Position numbers and translations under genes: made by a program
In this document: in pieces, positions 17,735 through 27,885 of the stretch
Layout of the letters: each line of letters begins with the position of its first letter
Position numbering within the stretch: position 1 is the stretch's first letter
The notes under the pieces: generated by a model
The model's input: only the letters and a program-made list of their open reading frames with translations
Databases searched by the model: none
Told to the model about the DNA's origin: nothing
DNA from: Chloroflexota bacterium
GTDB lineage: Bacteria; Chloroflexota; Dehalococcoidia; Bin125
Direction: 5' to 3'
NCBI GenBank assembly: GCA_009838735.1
Contig: VXQZ01000041.1
Location: 36,348 to 100,347, forward strand
DNA: 64,000 nt

Positions 17735-19027
17735 ATGTTCATCGGATACTTCACCGAGCGGCCCTATCAGGACCCCAACTCCGGCTACTTCGGCGCCGCC
17801 GGTCGCGACATCCAGGACCTCGACCTGAGCAACGGCAGCTATGACCCACGGATCGGCGCCGAGCTGTACAACCGCTACCTGGACGAGAAGGTCTACGCCG
17901 AGGAGATGGGCTTCGACGGCCTGATGCTCAACGAGCACCATTCCACCCCGTTCTGCATGGGCGGCGTGATGAACGTCGAAGCCGCGATCCTTGCTCGGAT
18001 CACCAAGCGGGCCAGGATCGTGTTGCTTGGCAATGTCCTGCCGATCTGGGACGACCCGCTCTGGTTGGCTGAGGAGTTGGCCGAAATCGACATGATCTCA
18101 CGCGGTCGCCTGGTCAGTGGCTGGGTGCGCGGCACGGGCCGCGAGAGCGTGGCCCACAACACCGCCTCGCCCTTTAACTGGGATCGCTATCAAGAGGCGC
18201 ACGATTTCATCGTCAAGGCTTGGACCACGCCCGGACCCTTCCGCTGGGAAGGCGAGCACTACCAGTACCGCTACGTCAATCCCTGGGCCCGCCCCTACTC
18301 CGATCCTCATCCGCCGATCTGGATTCCCGGCGTGATGAGCCGCAACACGGTCAAATGGGCTGCCGAGCGGCGCTATCCCTACGTCATGCTCGCCACCGAT
18401 ATCGAGCCGACCAAACAGTCCTTCGACTACTACCGCAACTGCGCCCGCGAAGCCGGCTACGAGGCCGGCACCCAGCATACGGCATACCTGTTCAAAGTCC
18501 ACGTCGACGAGACCGACGAACTGGCCGAGGACACCGCGCGCAAGTATCTCCAGGGACCGAGCAACCCCTTCCTCGAGGGCAACCAGGGCAAGGTCCGGCC
18601 GTTCCTCCAGTCCCTGCCGGGACTGACGTCACGCACCGATGTCCTGCCGACTTCCCAGATTCGCGCGATTGCGGCGTCACGTGGACGCACCGAGCGTCGC
18701 CAGGCGCTGACGGGGGCGGCGCAGCCGGCCGAACCGCGCGACTATCGCGGCACCCTCCAGGAGCAGGTCGACAAGCTCAGCATCATCCACGGCACGCCGG
18801 CGACCGTGCTGCCCAAGATTCGTCACGTGCTGGAAGAGTTGCGCCCCGGCGCGATCATCTTCTGGGATGGCGATGGCTCGATGAGTCACGACGACGCCAT
18901 GCGCAGCCTGCGGCTGATGGGCGAAGAGGTCCTGCCCGCCGTCCGCGAAATGGGCGCTGAACTCGACCTCAACGGCCCATTCGAGATCGATCCGGCCAAC
19001 AATGAGCCCATCGCCGGCGCCGGCTGA
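17735..19027 (+). CDS. LLM class flavin-dependent oxidoreductase
   Basis: GFDGLMLNEHH, LAEELAEIDMISRGRL, PHPPIWIPG. Confidence 0.9.
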   Translation: MFIGYFTERPYQDPNSGYFGAAGRDIQDLDLSNGSYDPRIGAELYNRYLDEKVYAEEMGFDGLMLNEHHSTPFCMGGVMNVEAAILARITKRARIVLLGNVLPIWDDPLWLAEELAEIDMISRGRLVSGWVRGTGRESVAHNTASPFNWDRYQEAHDFIVKAWTTPGPFRWEGEHYQYRYVNPWARPYSDPHPPIWIPGVMSRNTVKWAAERRYPYVMLATDIEPTKQSFDYYRNCAREAGYEAGTQHTAYLFKVHVDETDELAEDTARKYLQGPSNPFLEGNQGKVRPFLQSLPGLTSRTDVLPTSQIRAIAASRGRTERRQALTGAAQPAEPRDYRGTLQEQVDKLSIIHGTPATVLPKIRHVLEELRPGAIIFWDGDGSMSHDDAMRSLRLMGEEVLPAVREMGAELDLNGPFEIDPANNEPIAGAG

Positions 19028-19075
19028 GTCGAACCCGGCCGGCATTCGCCGCTGGTAGGTCGGGCAGGGCGAACC

Positions 19076-20437
19076 ATGCTCGTCCATTCGCAACAGATGC
19101 GGCGACGCCTGGCCCGCAACATTCCCGTCTACTACCTCTTCTACGGCGTCAGCGGCTTCCTCATCTGGATGCCGATTTGGGTCATCTACCTGCAGGATTT
19201 CCGCGGCATGAGCCTCACCCAGGTCGCCGCGATCGAGTCGATCTTCTGGATCACGGTGGTGGTCGCCGAAGTGCCGAGCGGCGCGGTCGCCGACCGCTGG
19301 GGTCGCCGAGTCTCCCTCGCGTTCGCTGGAGGGATCTTCTGCCTCGGATCGGTCGTCTTCGCGTTCAGCTCTTCCTACGTCATCCTGCTCGCCGCCTACG
19401 TCATCGTGGCCCTCTCCATGACCCTCTACTCCGGCGCCGGACCTGCCCTCGTCTACGACCCGCTCAGACAGCTCGGACGGACCAGAGAGTACGAAAAGCA
19501 CATCGGACGCTCCGAAGCCCTCGCGTTCGGCTCCATGCTGATCGCGACCTTGCTCGCCGGGCCTCTCGTCGCACTGGTCGGCTATTCGGCGACGATCCTG
19601 CTCGGCGCGATCGCCATGGGCATTGGTGGTCTTGTCGCCCTGCTCCTGCGCGAGCCGCCGCGTAGTGAGGCGGAGATCGCTGGTCGCCAGCATGGTCAGA
19701 ACGGTGTTGCCGCGGCTCCGAACAGACCCGGTCTGTTCCGCAACATGCTCGGCGGCATGCTGGTTGTTTGGCGCAGCAAGCTGCTGCTCTGGTACATCCT
19801 CCTCGCCACGCTTCTCTCCGGCGTGATCATGATCGTCAGCGACTTCCTTCTGCAACCGTTCGTCGTCCACCACGGCGTCAACCCGGCGAGCGGCGTCGAT
19901 TCCGGCTTCGCCTACTCGGGCATCCTGATGTCGCCGGTGGCCGGCATGGTCGTCGGCTCGCTGATCGCCGCCTGGGTCGCCAGTCGATTCGGCGAGCGGC
20001 GTTCGCTCATCCTCTCCCTCTTCGCCGCCGCCCTCCTCTTCCTCGTGCCAACGCTCTGGGAATCGCTCTGGGTGGTCGGAGCGATCGGTCTGCTCGCCGC
20101 CATCCGCGGCATGACGCGTCCGATCGCGACCGGCTACATCAACCGGCGCATCCCCTCAGATCAGCGCGCGACCGTGCTCTCGATGTTTGAACTCTCGGCT
20201 GCGTTGATCATCGCCATCATCCTGCCCCAGGCGGGAGCGGTGGCCGATTCAGTCGGCTTCCAGGCTTCATTCGGCCTGCTCTTGCTGATTCTGGTCGGGG
20301 CCGGCGGACTGTTCGCCCTGGTCTGGCGCCTGCTTCATGGTCGCGAGCAACGGCGTCTGGCGCTCACAATGCAGGCGCAGGCCAAACCCCAGGCCGGGTC
20401 CGTCCACGCCGCAGGCTCGACGACACCTGATCGCTAA
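19076..20437 (+). CDS. MFS transporter
   Basis: EVPSGAVADRWGRR motif A; about 12 hydrophobic segments. Confidence 0.9.
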   Translation: MLVHSQQMRRRLARNIPVYYLFYGVSGFLIWMPIWVIYLQDFRGMSLTQVAAIESIFWITVVVAEVPSGAVADRWGRRVSLAFAGGIFCLGSVVFAFSSSYVILLAAYVIVALSMTLYSGAGPALVYDPLRQLGRTREYEKHIGRSEALAFGSMLIATLLAGPLVALVGYSATILLGAIAMGIGGLVALLLREPPRSEAEIAGRQHGQNGVAAAPNRPGLFRNMLGGMLVVWRSKLLLWYILLATLLSGVIMIVSDFLLQPFVVHHGVNPASGVDSGFAYSGILMSPVAGMVVGSLIAAWVASRFGERRSLILSLFAAALLFLVPTLWESLWVVGAIGLLAAIRGMTRPIATGYINRRIPSDQRATVLSMFELSAALIIAIILPQAGAVADSVGFQASFGLLLLILVGAGGLFALVWRLLHGREQRRLALTMQAQAKPQAGSVHAAGSTTPDR

Positions 20438-22545
20438 CTGCAGACGGGTTCAAACGAGAAGTTCTGCGAACGCAGGTGGGCCAGGGCCATGCGCAGACCC
20501 TCCACGGTCTGGCTGCGGTCCCCGCCGCCGTCATGGAGGACGACGACAGCCTGATGCGCTGCTCCGCCGATAATCCGGTCGGCAATCACCTGCGCGCCGG
20601 GGCGGGTCCAGTCCATCGGTCTGACGTTGCCCATGATCACTCTGAACCCCATCTCATCGGCTCGCGCATAGGTTTCCGAATCGGCGCGATAGTACGGCGG
20701 CCGAATGCAGGCGGTTGCATGCTCTCCCAACACCCGTTGCGTCCGCAGGACCGTGTCTTCAAACTCTTCGGTCGAGAGCGTGTCCAGCGCGACGTGATCC
20801 CAGGTGTGGTTCGCCAGCGTGTGCCCCTCGCTGATGATTCGAGCGATCAGATCGGGATAGAGCGTGGCGCTCTCACCCGTCACGAAAAACGTCGCGCGTG
20901 CTCCGTGCCAGGCGAGAATGTCCAGGATCTGCGGGGTGTATGCGGGGTTGGGTCCGTCGTCGAACGTCAGGTGAATGACGGCCGGCGGAATGGTCAGCTC
21001 GCGAGGTTCGGCGATCCGAATCAGGTCGTCGAGGCAGCTGAGGGCCGAAGAACCGCAATCGAGGTCCAGATTGAGCTTAATCTCGACCGGCACCGCGGAT
21101 TCGGGAGCAACGACCAACTCCCACAGGTCGCTGCGTCCGTCCACGCGGCGCACTTCAGTCAACCTGGCGCCGGAAGTGGACAGGAGGTGCCGCGAGAGCG
21201 ACTGCGATGTGCTGAGCAGCGGCTCGCTGAGTTGGATCCGCACCGGGAACTGAGACTCACCCTGGTGCGCCTCCGGTCCGTCGATGAACCGCGCGGTGAT
21301 CGGAGGGCCATAGACCACCGCTTCGGGCTCGTTGGCAAGACGGATCTGGTGGTGGGTGCAAATTGCTCCTGGCATTTCGCAAGCCGGCGCGCTCCTCAGG
21401 CCCACGCGCACGCTGCGATTGGAGTCGGGAGTGATATTGACTTGCCAGAGGTCGCGTTGACCGGCCAGTTGCTGCACCGACGTCACCGTGCCTGCGCTGA
21501 CGTGCAGTGAGCCTGTACGAAGAGAATCTGCGGCGGCCGCGATGGGATGGCTGAAGCGAACCAGCAGGGAAAACTCACTCCCAGAGTGCTGCTTGGGCAC
21601 GCGTTCGAACGTTGCCGTCAACGGTCGCACTGGCCGGAGCACTCGGCCTGCTACGGCATGCTTGTGTCCGTTGGCGAGGCTGATGCTCATGGCGGAGTGG
21701 GCGCCGGCCGCCCAGCTCACCTCGGAGTCCAACCACAGATAGCGGTCGCCGTTCTCGGTCTTGATTCGTACGCTGTTACAGGTCGACAGCTCCCTCGGGT
21801 TGCTTCCATTTGCGTCATGGACGGCGAGAGTAAACTGCGGCGCCGAGCCGTTGGTGTGTTGTAATTCGAGAACGAACGCGTCGGTCGCCTGCGAGGCATG
21901 AACGATCTGGTACTCGTGACGGTCCAGCATGAATGCTCCCGGCGACAGCATGCCGACGCTGGCTGCCCGGGAGTAACCATAGCCACCCGCCACTTCACCG
22001 CTCGTGCCGGTTGTTAAGATTCCCGACCAGATAGCCTCATGTGGCGATTCCGCCAGTAAGGGAGCGGTTGATGCAAGCGAATCACGGTCTTGAGTGGCGG
22101 AGCCAGCGTCTGCCTTGCGACCGTAGTCCGACCAATCCGATGCGCGTCCACAACCCAACGCCTTGACGCGGAACGTATTGATCAGCGCTCCTGGTGACTG
22201 TTTTCTGACCACTGCCCGGGAGCCGTCGTAATCGACGTCGATACCCATGTCGTTATCAGGGAGATCAATCCAGCCGGATGGATACCAGAGCTGTAGCTGG
22301 TAACGATCTGCGCCGGAGATATCGTTCCAGTCAACCTCGACCATGTGCTCGTGCAGCTGATGCGTGATCGGGGGTTGGGGCGTCTCAAGCGTCGCCGGGA
22401 ACGAATTGACCTGCAGGTGCAGGTTAACCAGCAGCATCACGCCAGCGAGCGCCAGAGCTCCACCAGATATGATCATGGCGTACGGTCCCGGCAACCGTTC
22501 CGAGGTCGCATGCAGACCCCCGGGGATATTACTGTTGCTTGTCAT
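20434..22545 (-). CDS. Membrane-anchored polysaccharide deacetylase with N-terminal Fn3/Ig-like and repeated beta domains
   Basis: C-terminal HLTFDDGP, ANHTWDH, IRPPY, VLHDGGG; two LTA.F...P..H.G..F...(F/L)S repeats. Confidence 0.82.
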   Translation of the reverse strand: MTSNSNIPGGLHATSERLPGPYAMIISGGALALAGVMLLVNLHLQVNSFPATLETPQPPITHQLHEHMVEVDWNDISGADRYQLQLWYPSGWIDLPDNDMGIDVDYDGSRAVVRKQSPGALINTFRVKALGCGRASDWSDYGRKADAGSATQDRDSLASTAPLLAESPHEAIWSGILTTGTSGEVAGGYGYSRAASVGMLSPGAFMLDRHEYQIVHASQATDAFVLELQHTNGSAPQFTLAVHDANGSNPRELSTCNSVRIKTENGDRYLWLDSEVSWAAGAHSAMSISLANGHKHAVAGRVLRPVRPLTATFERVPKQHSGSEFSLLVRFSHPIAAAADSLRTGSLHVSAGTVTSVQQLAGQRDLWQVNITPDSNRSVRVGLRSAPACEMPGAICTHHQIRLANEPEAVVYGPPITARFIDGPEAHQGESQFPVRIQLSEPLLSTSQSLSRHLLSTSGARLTEVRRVDGRSDLWELVVAPESAVPVEIKLNLDLDCGSSALSCLDDLIRIAEPRELTIPPAVIHLTFDDGPNPAYTPQILDILAWHGARATFFVTGESATLYPDLIARIISEGHTLANHTWDHVALDTLSTEEFEDTVLRTQRVLGEHATACIRPPYYRADSETYARADEMGFRVIMGNVRPMDWTRPGAQVIADRIIGGAAHQAVVVLHDGGGDRSQTVEGLRMALAHLRSQNFSFEPVCS

Positions 22546-22631
22546 AATGAGAGTAGCGCAACCGCGCCACGGTTGTAACCAGCGGAGCAGCAGCTGTTCA
22601 ACGGATGGAGACCAGGGAGCGGTTTGGGCAG

Positions 22632-23147
22632 CTAGCCGCGGAACCTGGCGTAGATCAGGCGGTCAATGGTCTGGCCGTCTTTGAAGACCGACCGACGCAG
22701 CCGAGCTTCTCGCTCGTAGCCCGCTTTCTCGAGCACTCGACAGGAAGCCGGGTTCCATTCGAACACGCCGGCGTCGATTCTGACCAGGTTGAATTGTTCG
22801 AACGCGTAGTCCGTGAGCGCCAGCAGGGCTGCGGTGGCAATGCCCTGGCCCCAGTGCGGCTCGGCCAACCAATAGCCGATCTCGGCGGAGCGCCGGAACA
22901 CGTCGTCGCGTAGTTTGAGTCCGATGCCGCCGATGACTTCGCTCTCGTCTCCGATTGCGAAGTTCTGTTCCGGCGATTCCTGCTTGGTCAAGTCGATCCA
23001 GCTATGGGCGTCTTCGAGGGTGTACGGGTGCGGGAAGTAGTCGTTCAGATTCCGCCAGATGCTGCGGTTGTTCGCCGATCGCGCCAGCGATTCCGCGTCC
23101 TCGGTCTGGTAGCTGCGGATCAACCATTCGCCGATGTCGATGCGCAT
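22632..23147 (-). CDS. GNAT (RimJ/RimL-like) N-acetyltransferase
   Basis: AEIGYWLAEPHWGQGIAT, NPASCRVLEKAGY; AGGAG RBS. Confidence 0.9.
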   Translation of the reverse strand: MRIDIGEWLIRSYQTEDAESLARSANNRSIWRNLNDYFPHPYTLEDAHSWIDLTKQESPEQNFAIGDESEVIGGIGLKLRDDVFRRSAEIGYWLAEPHWGQGIATAALLALTDYAFEQFNLVRIDAGVFEWNPASCRVLEKAGYEREARLRRSVFKDGQTIDRLIYARFRG

Positions 23148-23374
23148 CCTCAGGTCTCCTCGCGTCCAGCATGCCATGAGGGCGGTCGCCGCGCGTCGCC
23201 GAGTTGCAGGGCAGGGTTGACGATTGACGTGGGTTTGACAGTCGGAGGGGATGATCAGCCTGGGGGCCGTAGGCGCCTCTGCGCAAATCCCGCTTGCTCT
23301 GACCGATGCCGCCCTGTCTATGTAGCGTCGCGGTAAACTCGCCAATCGGGGTTGGGGCGATCTGTGGCTATTCC

Positions 23375-25060
23375 ATGACGTTGATCGGGTGGGCCGTTGC
23401 CGCTGCCCTGCTGCTGGCCAGCGGAACGATCCTGGCCCAGCGCGCTGACGCCGACGGGGATGTCGCCCGTCCCGTAACAGGGCCACGTGTAACCGCCGCA
23501 TCGTCGCTCCCGGCGGTGGAGCTTGAGCGCTGCGACGAGGAAGCGTGGACGGCGGCACCGACGATTTCGGAGCGGCCGTTTCCCTGTTCCCGGATGGTAA
23601 TTGTCGCTCGATGGGCGGCGATCACTGATCAACGTCGCGACGTGCTGGATCTGACCTACGGCGAGGTACGGCGCATCCTTCGTGGTGAGCTGCTCGACTG
23701 GTCGGACCTGGGCGGCAGCCCACAGGCGATATCGGTGTTCCTGCCAGGGTCGCAGGCGCGGGACATCGCCGCTGCGCTTGGCCTTTCGCTGGCGGACCTG
23801 CGAGCAGTGTTCGTCACCGAGGCTCGGCTGATCGACTCCGTCGCCTCGACGCCTGGCGCATTCGGGCTGGTGGAACCCGAGCAACTGACGACAGGTGTGC
23901 TGGCTCTGACCGTCGACGGTCATGATCCGTATCGCGATCGGGCACGCCAATCGCCGCTGCGTCAGTTGCGCTGGGTGCGGGCGCGGACACAACGGGAGGC
24001 CATTGAGCGGCTCTCGGCATCGGGGGTGCCGGTAGCGGGCAGCTTCGATCCGGTCGGTATGGCCGTGACCGGTGAGCTGATCCCGGTTCGCTGCACCAAT
24101 CATGTGCTCTCCCTCCTCGGCGACTACGACGCGATGTTTGACGGCGTCCGTGACACGCTCGTGAACGCCGACATCGCGGTCGCGCCGCTCGAACATCCCT
24201 TGACGGCCAACAGAGAGTTGACCCCCTGCGTCGAAACCGTGACGTTCACCGGCAGCCATCGGGCAGTCGCGGCGATGGCCAATGCCGGCATCGACGTCGT
24301 GCTCACCGTCGGTAATCACATGATGGATTGCTGGCAGGGTTGTTCCGGCGTCGCTGCCCTGTACGAGACCCTTGAGCGCCTCAGAAGCGAGGGCATGGTC
24401 ACCGCCGGCGCCGGTGAGAGTCTGGACGCCGCACGAACGCCAGCGGTCGTTCGCGTACGCACCGAGTTGGGTGAAGTGACCTTCGCCTTCCTGGGCTACG
24501 ACATCATCGCGCCCTGGTATCACGCGGAGGAGGACCAGCCAGGTACCGCGCCGCTCGAGGCCGAGTACCTGCGTCGTGACATCAGCGCCGCAGGCAAGCT
24601 CGCCGACCATGTGCTCGTCGGCGTCAACTGGGGAGTCGAGTACGTTTCCAATCCGGTTGCCTACCAACGCGATCTGGGCGGCGTCGCGATGGAGGCCGGC
24701 GCCACGTTCCTGTTCGGCAATCATCCGCACTGGGTCCAGGCGATTGAGGATTTCGGCGACAGTCTGGTGGCGTACTCCTTCGGCAACTTCATCTTCGACC
24801 AGAACTGGTCGATCGAGACGACGCAGGGCATGTTGATGGAGCTGGGTTTCACCAGAGATCGTCTATTGGGGTATCGGGTTCGTCCGGTCGTGATCCGTGC
24901 GCACTCGAGCCAGCTGCCGTGGCTGTATCGGCCGGAATTCGTGGATCCTGCGGCTGAGGGTGGTCCGATCATGGAACGAATCTGGAACGCCACTGATCGA
25001 CTGCCTGATCGACCGGCGTTGGCAGCTACCATCGCTGAGAAGCGTGAGCATCACGACTAG
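23375..25060 (+). CDS. CapA/PgsA family metallophosphoesterase with N-terminal binding-protein-like domain
   Basis: GNHMMD, WGVEY, GNHPHWVQ, YSFGNFIFDQ; signal-peptide-like N-terminus. Confidence 0.85.
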   Translation: MTLIGWAVAAALLLASGTILAQRADADGDVARPVTGPRVTAASSLPAVELERCDEEAWTAAPTISERPFPCSRMVIVARWAAITDQRRDVLDLTYGEVRRILRGELLDWSDLGGSPQAISVFLPGSQARDIAAALGLSLADLRAVFVTEARLIDSVASTPGAFGLVEPEQLTTGVLALTVDGHDPYRDRARQSPLRQLRWVRARTQREAIERLSASGVPVAGSFDPVGMAVTGELIPVRCTNHVLSLLGDYDAMFDGVRDTLVNADIAVAPLEHPLTANRELTPCVETVTFTGSHRAVAAMANAGIDVVLTVGNHMMDCWQGCSGVAALYETLERLRSEGMVTAGAGESLDAARTPAVVRVRTELGEVTFAFLGYDIIAPWYHAEEDQPGTAPLEAEYLRRDISAAGKLADHVLVGVNWGVEYVSNPVAYQRDLGGVAMEAGATFLFGNHPHWVQAIEDFGDSLVAYSFGNFIFDQNWSIETTQGMLMELGFTRDRLLGYRVRPVVIRAHSSQLPWLYRPEFVDPAAEGGPIMERIWNATDRLPDRPALAATIAEKREHHD

Positions 25061-25075
25061 ATCAGGACAGCGTTC

Positions 25076-25987
25076 ATGCGAATCGAAGACGACAACGGTA
25101 TCTCGGGCTTGTTGATCGGTGAGGAGACTCGGCTTTGCGGTGGATTCGGCTTCATTGAGGGGCCGATCTGGATCGCGTCCGACAACGCTCTCGTATTCAG
25201 CGACATTCCCGGCAACCGACAGCACATCTGGCGGCCAGGAGATTCCGAGGCGGCGGTCTATCGTGACCCGTCGGGGTGGTCGAACGGGCTCACGCTGGAT
25301 GCGAGCGGCAACCTGCTCGCCTGCGAGCACGGCGGGCGGCGTGTCTCAAGCGCGCCCTACGGCTCTCCCGGCGACGAGGACGCTCTGGCCGACACCTGGG
25401 ACGGCAAGGGCTTAAACAGCCCCAACGACCTGGTGGTTCACTCGTCCGGCGCGATCGTCTTCACCGACCCGGCCTACGGAACCGACACGGGCCGTACACC
25501 GCGCTTCGGTTACGAGGGCCAGCAGGCGGAGCTGGACTTCCGCGGCGTCTACCGAATCGACCCGGATGGCTCGCTGCACTGCGTCGCGCCGACCGGCTTC
25601 ACGAATCCCAACGGCCTCGCCTTCAATCCTGACGAGTCGCAGCTCTACATCGGCGACTCCCAGGAAGGTCTGATCTGGCGCTATGAGGTGAACGCCGACC
25701 TCTCCTTGGGCGACCGCATCCTCTTCGTCGATCAGTCCAACGACAATCGCCTGGGCGCACCCGACGGGATGAAGGTCGACTCGGACGGCCGCCTCTGGAC
25801 GACCGGAGCCGGCGGTGTCTCTGCCCACGCCGCCGACGGCACGTACCTCGGTGTCTTCGAAATGGACGAGCACGCCGCCAACCTGACATTCGGCGGGGAC
25901 GACTTCTCGACGCTGTTCATGACGGCGGGGACAAGTCTGTTCAGCATCGAGACGTCGGTGCGCGGAATCGTGCCGGGATCGCGGTAG
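25076..25987 (+). CDS. SMP-30/gluconolactonase family protein
   Basis: FIEGPIW, NSPNDL, NPNGLAF, PDGMKVD. Confidence 0.92.
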   Translation: MRIEDDNGISGLLIGEETRLCGGFGFIEGPIWIASDNALVFSDIPGNRQHIWRPGDSEAAVYRDPSGWSNGLTLDASGNLLACEHGGRRVSSAPYGSPGDEDALADTWDGKGLNSPNDLVVHSSGAIVFTDPAYGTDTGRTPRFGYEGQQAELDFRGVYRIDPDGSLHCVAPTGFTNPNGLAFNPDESQLYIGDSQEGLIWRYEVNADLSLGDRILFVDQSNDNRLGAPDGMKVDSDGRLWTTGAGGVSAHAADGTYLGVFEMDEHAANLTFGGDDFSTLFMTAGTSLFSIETSVRGIVPGSR

Positions 25988-26035
25988 AGTCACTGGCCTT
26001 GAGGGCAGGCGTCACTGACGTGTAAGGGCCATCCG

Positions 26036-26437
26036 ATGAAGTTCACCTTCGTGGGGTTTCAGGGGTCCAGCGACTTAACCACCCTGCCCGACACATGGGC
26101 GAAGTTCGGTGCCAGCGCGTTGGCTGAGCTACCGGACCACTCCTGCGTTTACGTCCCCGATGGCGTTGGCGTGACTCATTTCATTGGTGTGTCAACCGCG
26201 AATATCCTCGAGCACATTCCAGTGGAGGACTTCGATTCCCTCGAAGTGGAGTATGAGTTCCTGACGACCCGAATCCTGAAGGCGGAAACAGAAGAGGAGT
26301 TGGCCCGGAAAATCTACGAGTTTTGGACCAGGGACCACTATGAGGTCGAGCACGCGATCCCGGGCGGAATCGAGATTCACAAAGTCGATCTACAAGGGAG
26401 GAGCTACGCCGAGCTCATCCTGACTCTGAGTGAGTAG
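26036..26437 (+). CDS. Hypothetical protein (possibly GyrI-like effector-binding fold)
   Basis: 133-aa ORF filling the intergenic space; weak resemblance only. Confidence 0.5.
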   Translation: MKFTFVGFQGSSDLTTLPDTWAKFGASALAELPDHSCVYVPDGVGVTHFIGVSTANILEHIPVEDFDSLEVEYEFLTTRILKAETEEELARKIYEFWTRDHYEVEHAIPGGIEIHKVDLQGRSYAELILTLSE

Positions 26438-26488
26438 CGCCCGGCTTCGCCGGAGCGGCCCGGCTGATGGCTCAGGTCAAGGGAATCC

Positions 26489-26986
26489 TTACCCCTGGCT
26501 GGAGGATCCGCGTAGCACCGACTCGAACACTTCGAGTGTCCGCTTTGTGAAGAGCCACATGTTCTCTTCCCGATCCTCGAGGCCGGTTTCGAGCGTCTCG
26601 ACATACTCACTAGGCCCGGTGATCGCGATGCAAGTGTGGCCCGAGGCGTCGCCGTAGACGTTGCCGCCGGGTCCGGCGGCGCCCGTTTCTCCGATGCCCC
26701 AGGTGGCTCCCAGGCGCTCGCGGATGGTCTCGGCGATGATCTTCGCGTAGGGCTCGCTGCTGGAGCGGACTCCCGGATAATCGTCGAGTTCTATCTCGAG
26801 GAACGTGGATCGCGCGACGCCGGTGTACGTGACTGCCGCTCCGGCGTAGTAGCGCGATGCACCGGGGATAGAGAGCAACGCGGCCGAGACCAGGCCTCCC
26901 GCGGTGGTCTCGCAGATTGCGACTGTCTCACCTCGTTCTCGGAGCAAACGAGCGATGTGCTCGGCCATCGGTTGCAGTGGTTCCAT
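26489..26986 (-). CDS. CinA/PncC family protein
   Basis: TVAICETTAGGLVS, PGASRYY, GETGAAGPGG. Confidence 0.85.
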   Translation of the reverse strand: MEPLQPMAEHIARLLRERGETVAICETTAGGLVSAALLSIPGASRYYAGAAVTYTGVARSTFLEIELDDYPGVRSSSEPYAKIIAETIRERLGATWGIGETGAAGPGGNVYGDASGHTCIAITGPSEYVETLETGLEDREENMWLFTKRTLEVFESVLRGSSSQG

Positions 26987-27066
26987 GTCTGGCTTCCGTC
27001 CTGAACTCTCTTACTCGGTGTAGCGGCTAGTATCGCGGCAGGCTGCATGAGATAGAGGAGGCCGCC

Positions 27067-27885
27067 ATGAATACCCCGATCCGCGCCCACGTTGTGGTCG
27101 GAGGCTTCCCTCCGGGCCAACACGCCGGGCATGACATGGATTACGCGCGGATGCGCATCCTGATGGCGCTGCAGTCGAATGAGAACGTGCACACGACCGT
27201 GAGCAGCGACTTCACCGACTGCCACAAGTGGATCCGGGACGCACACCTCTTGATTTGCTACGTCGCCGGACCGTTCGCCGACGACTACCAGACCGGCGTG
27301 ATCCGCGACTGGCTCGGCGACGGCGGGCGCTGGCTGGCGTTGCACGGCTCGACCGGCGGCAAGGCCGAGCGTCTTGGCCGCGAGGACGGCCGTCGCCGGA
27401 TGGCCAAGATGGACTACCACGAGGCGCTGGGCGGATTCTTCATGACCCACCCGCCGATCCGGGAGATGGACGTCAAGGTCTCGGATCACAACCACCCGTT
27501 GACCTACAACCTGCCCGGCAACTTCCCGGTCCAGGACGAGCCCTACATGGTCGAGGTGATCCATCCCGACACGCAGGTCCTGCTGACGACCGAGGATGTC
27601 GAGAAGCCGCCAATCGTTGACGAGCTCTACGGTGGCGACCTCTCGCTGCTGCCCGACGGCAAGTCGCATGCGCTCGGCTTCGCGCGCAAGGTCGGTGAGG
27701 GCGAGATCGCCTACATCGCGCCGGGCCACTGTCACACGCCATTGACGAATGGCCAGCAATCGGTCCACGAGAGCATCTCGCCGGATGGCAAGGTCCCGCT
27801 CCGCTTCCGAGGTCCGTGGGAGACCGAGCCATACGAGCAGTTGCTGAAGAACGCGATCGATTGGGGCACCGGTGTCAACGGCTAG
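27067..27885 (+). CDS. ThuA-like domain protein
   Basis: GGRWLALHGS, LGGFFMTHPP, DEPY, YIAPGH; GAGGAGG RBS. Confidence 0.8.
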   Translation: MNTPIRAHVVVGGFPPGQHAGHDMDYARMRILMALQSNENVHTTVSSDFTDCHKWIRDAHLLICYVAGPFADDYQTGVIRDWLGDGGRWLALHGSTGGKAERLGREDGRRRMAKMDYHEALGGFFMTHPPIREMDVKVSDHNHPLTYNLPGNFPVQDEPYMVEVIHPDTQVLLTTEDVEKPPIVDELYGGDLSLLPDGKSHALGFARKVGEGEIAYIAPGHCHTPLTNGQQSVHESISPDGKVPLRFRGPWETEPYEQLLKNAIDWGTGVNG

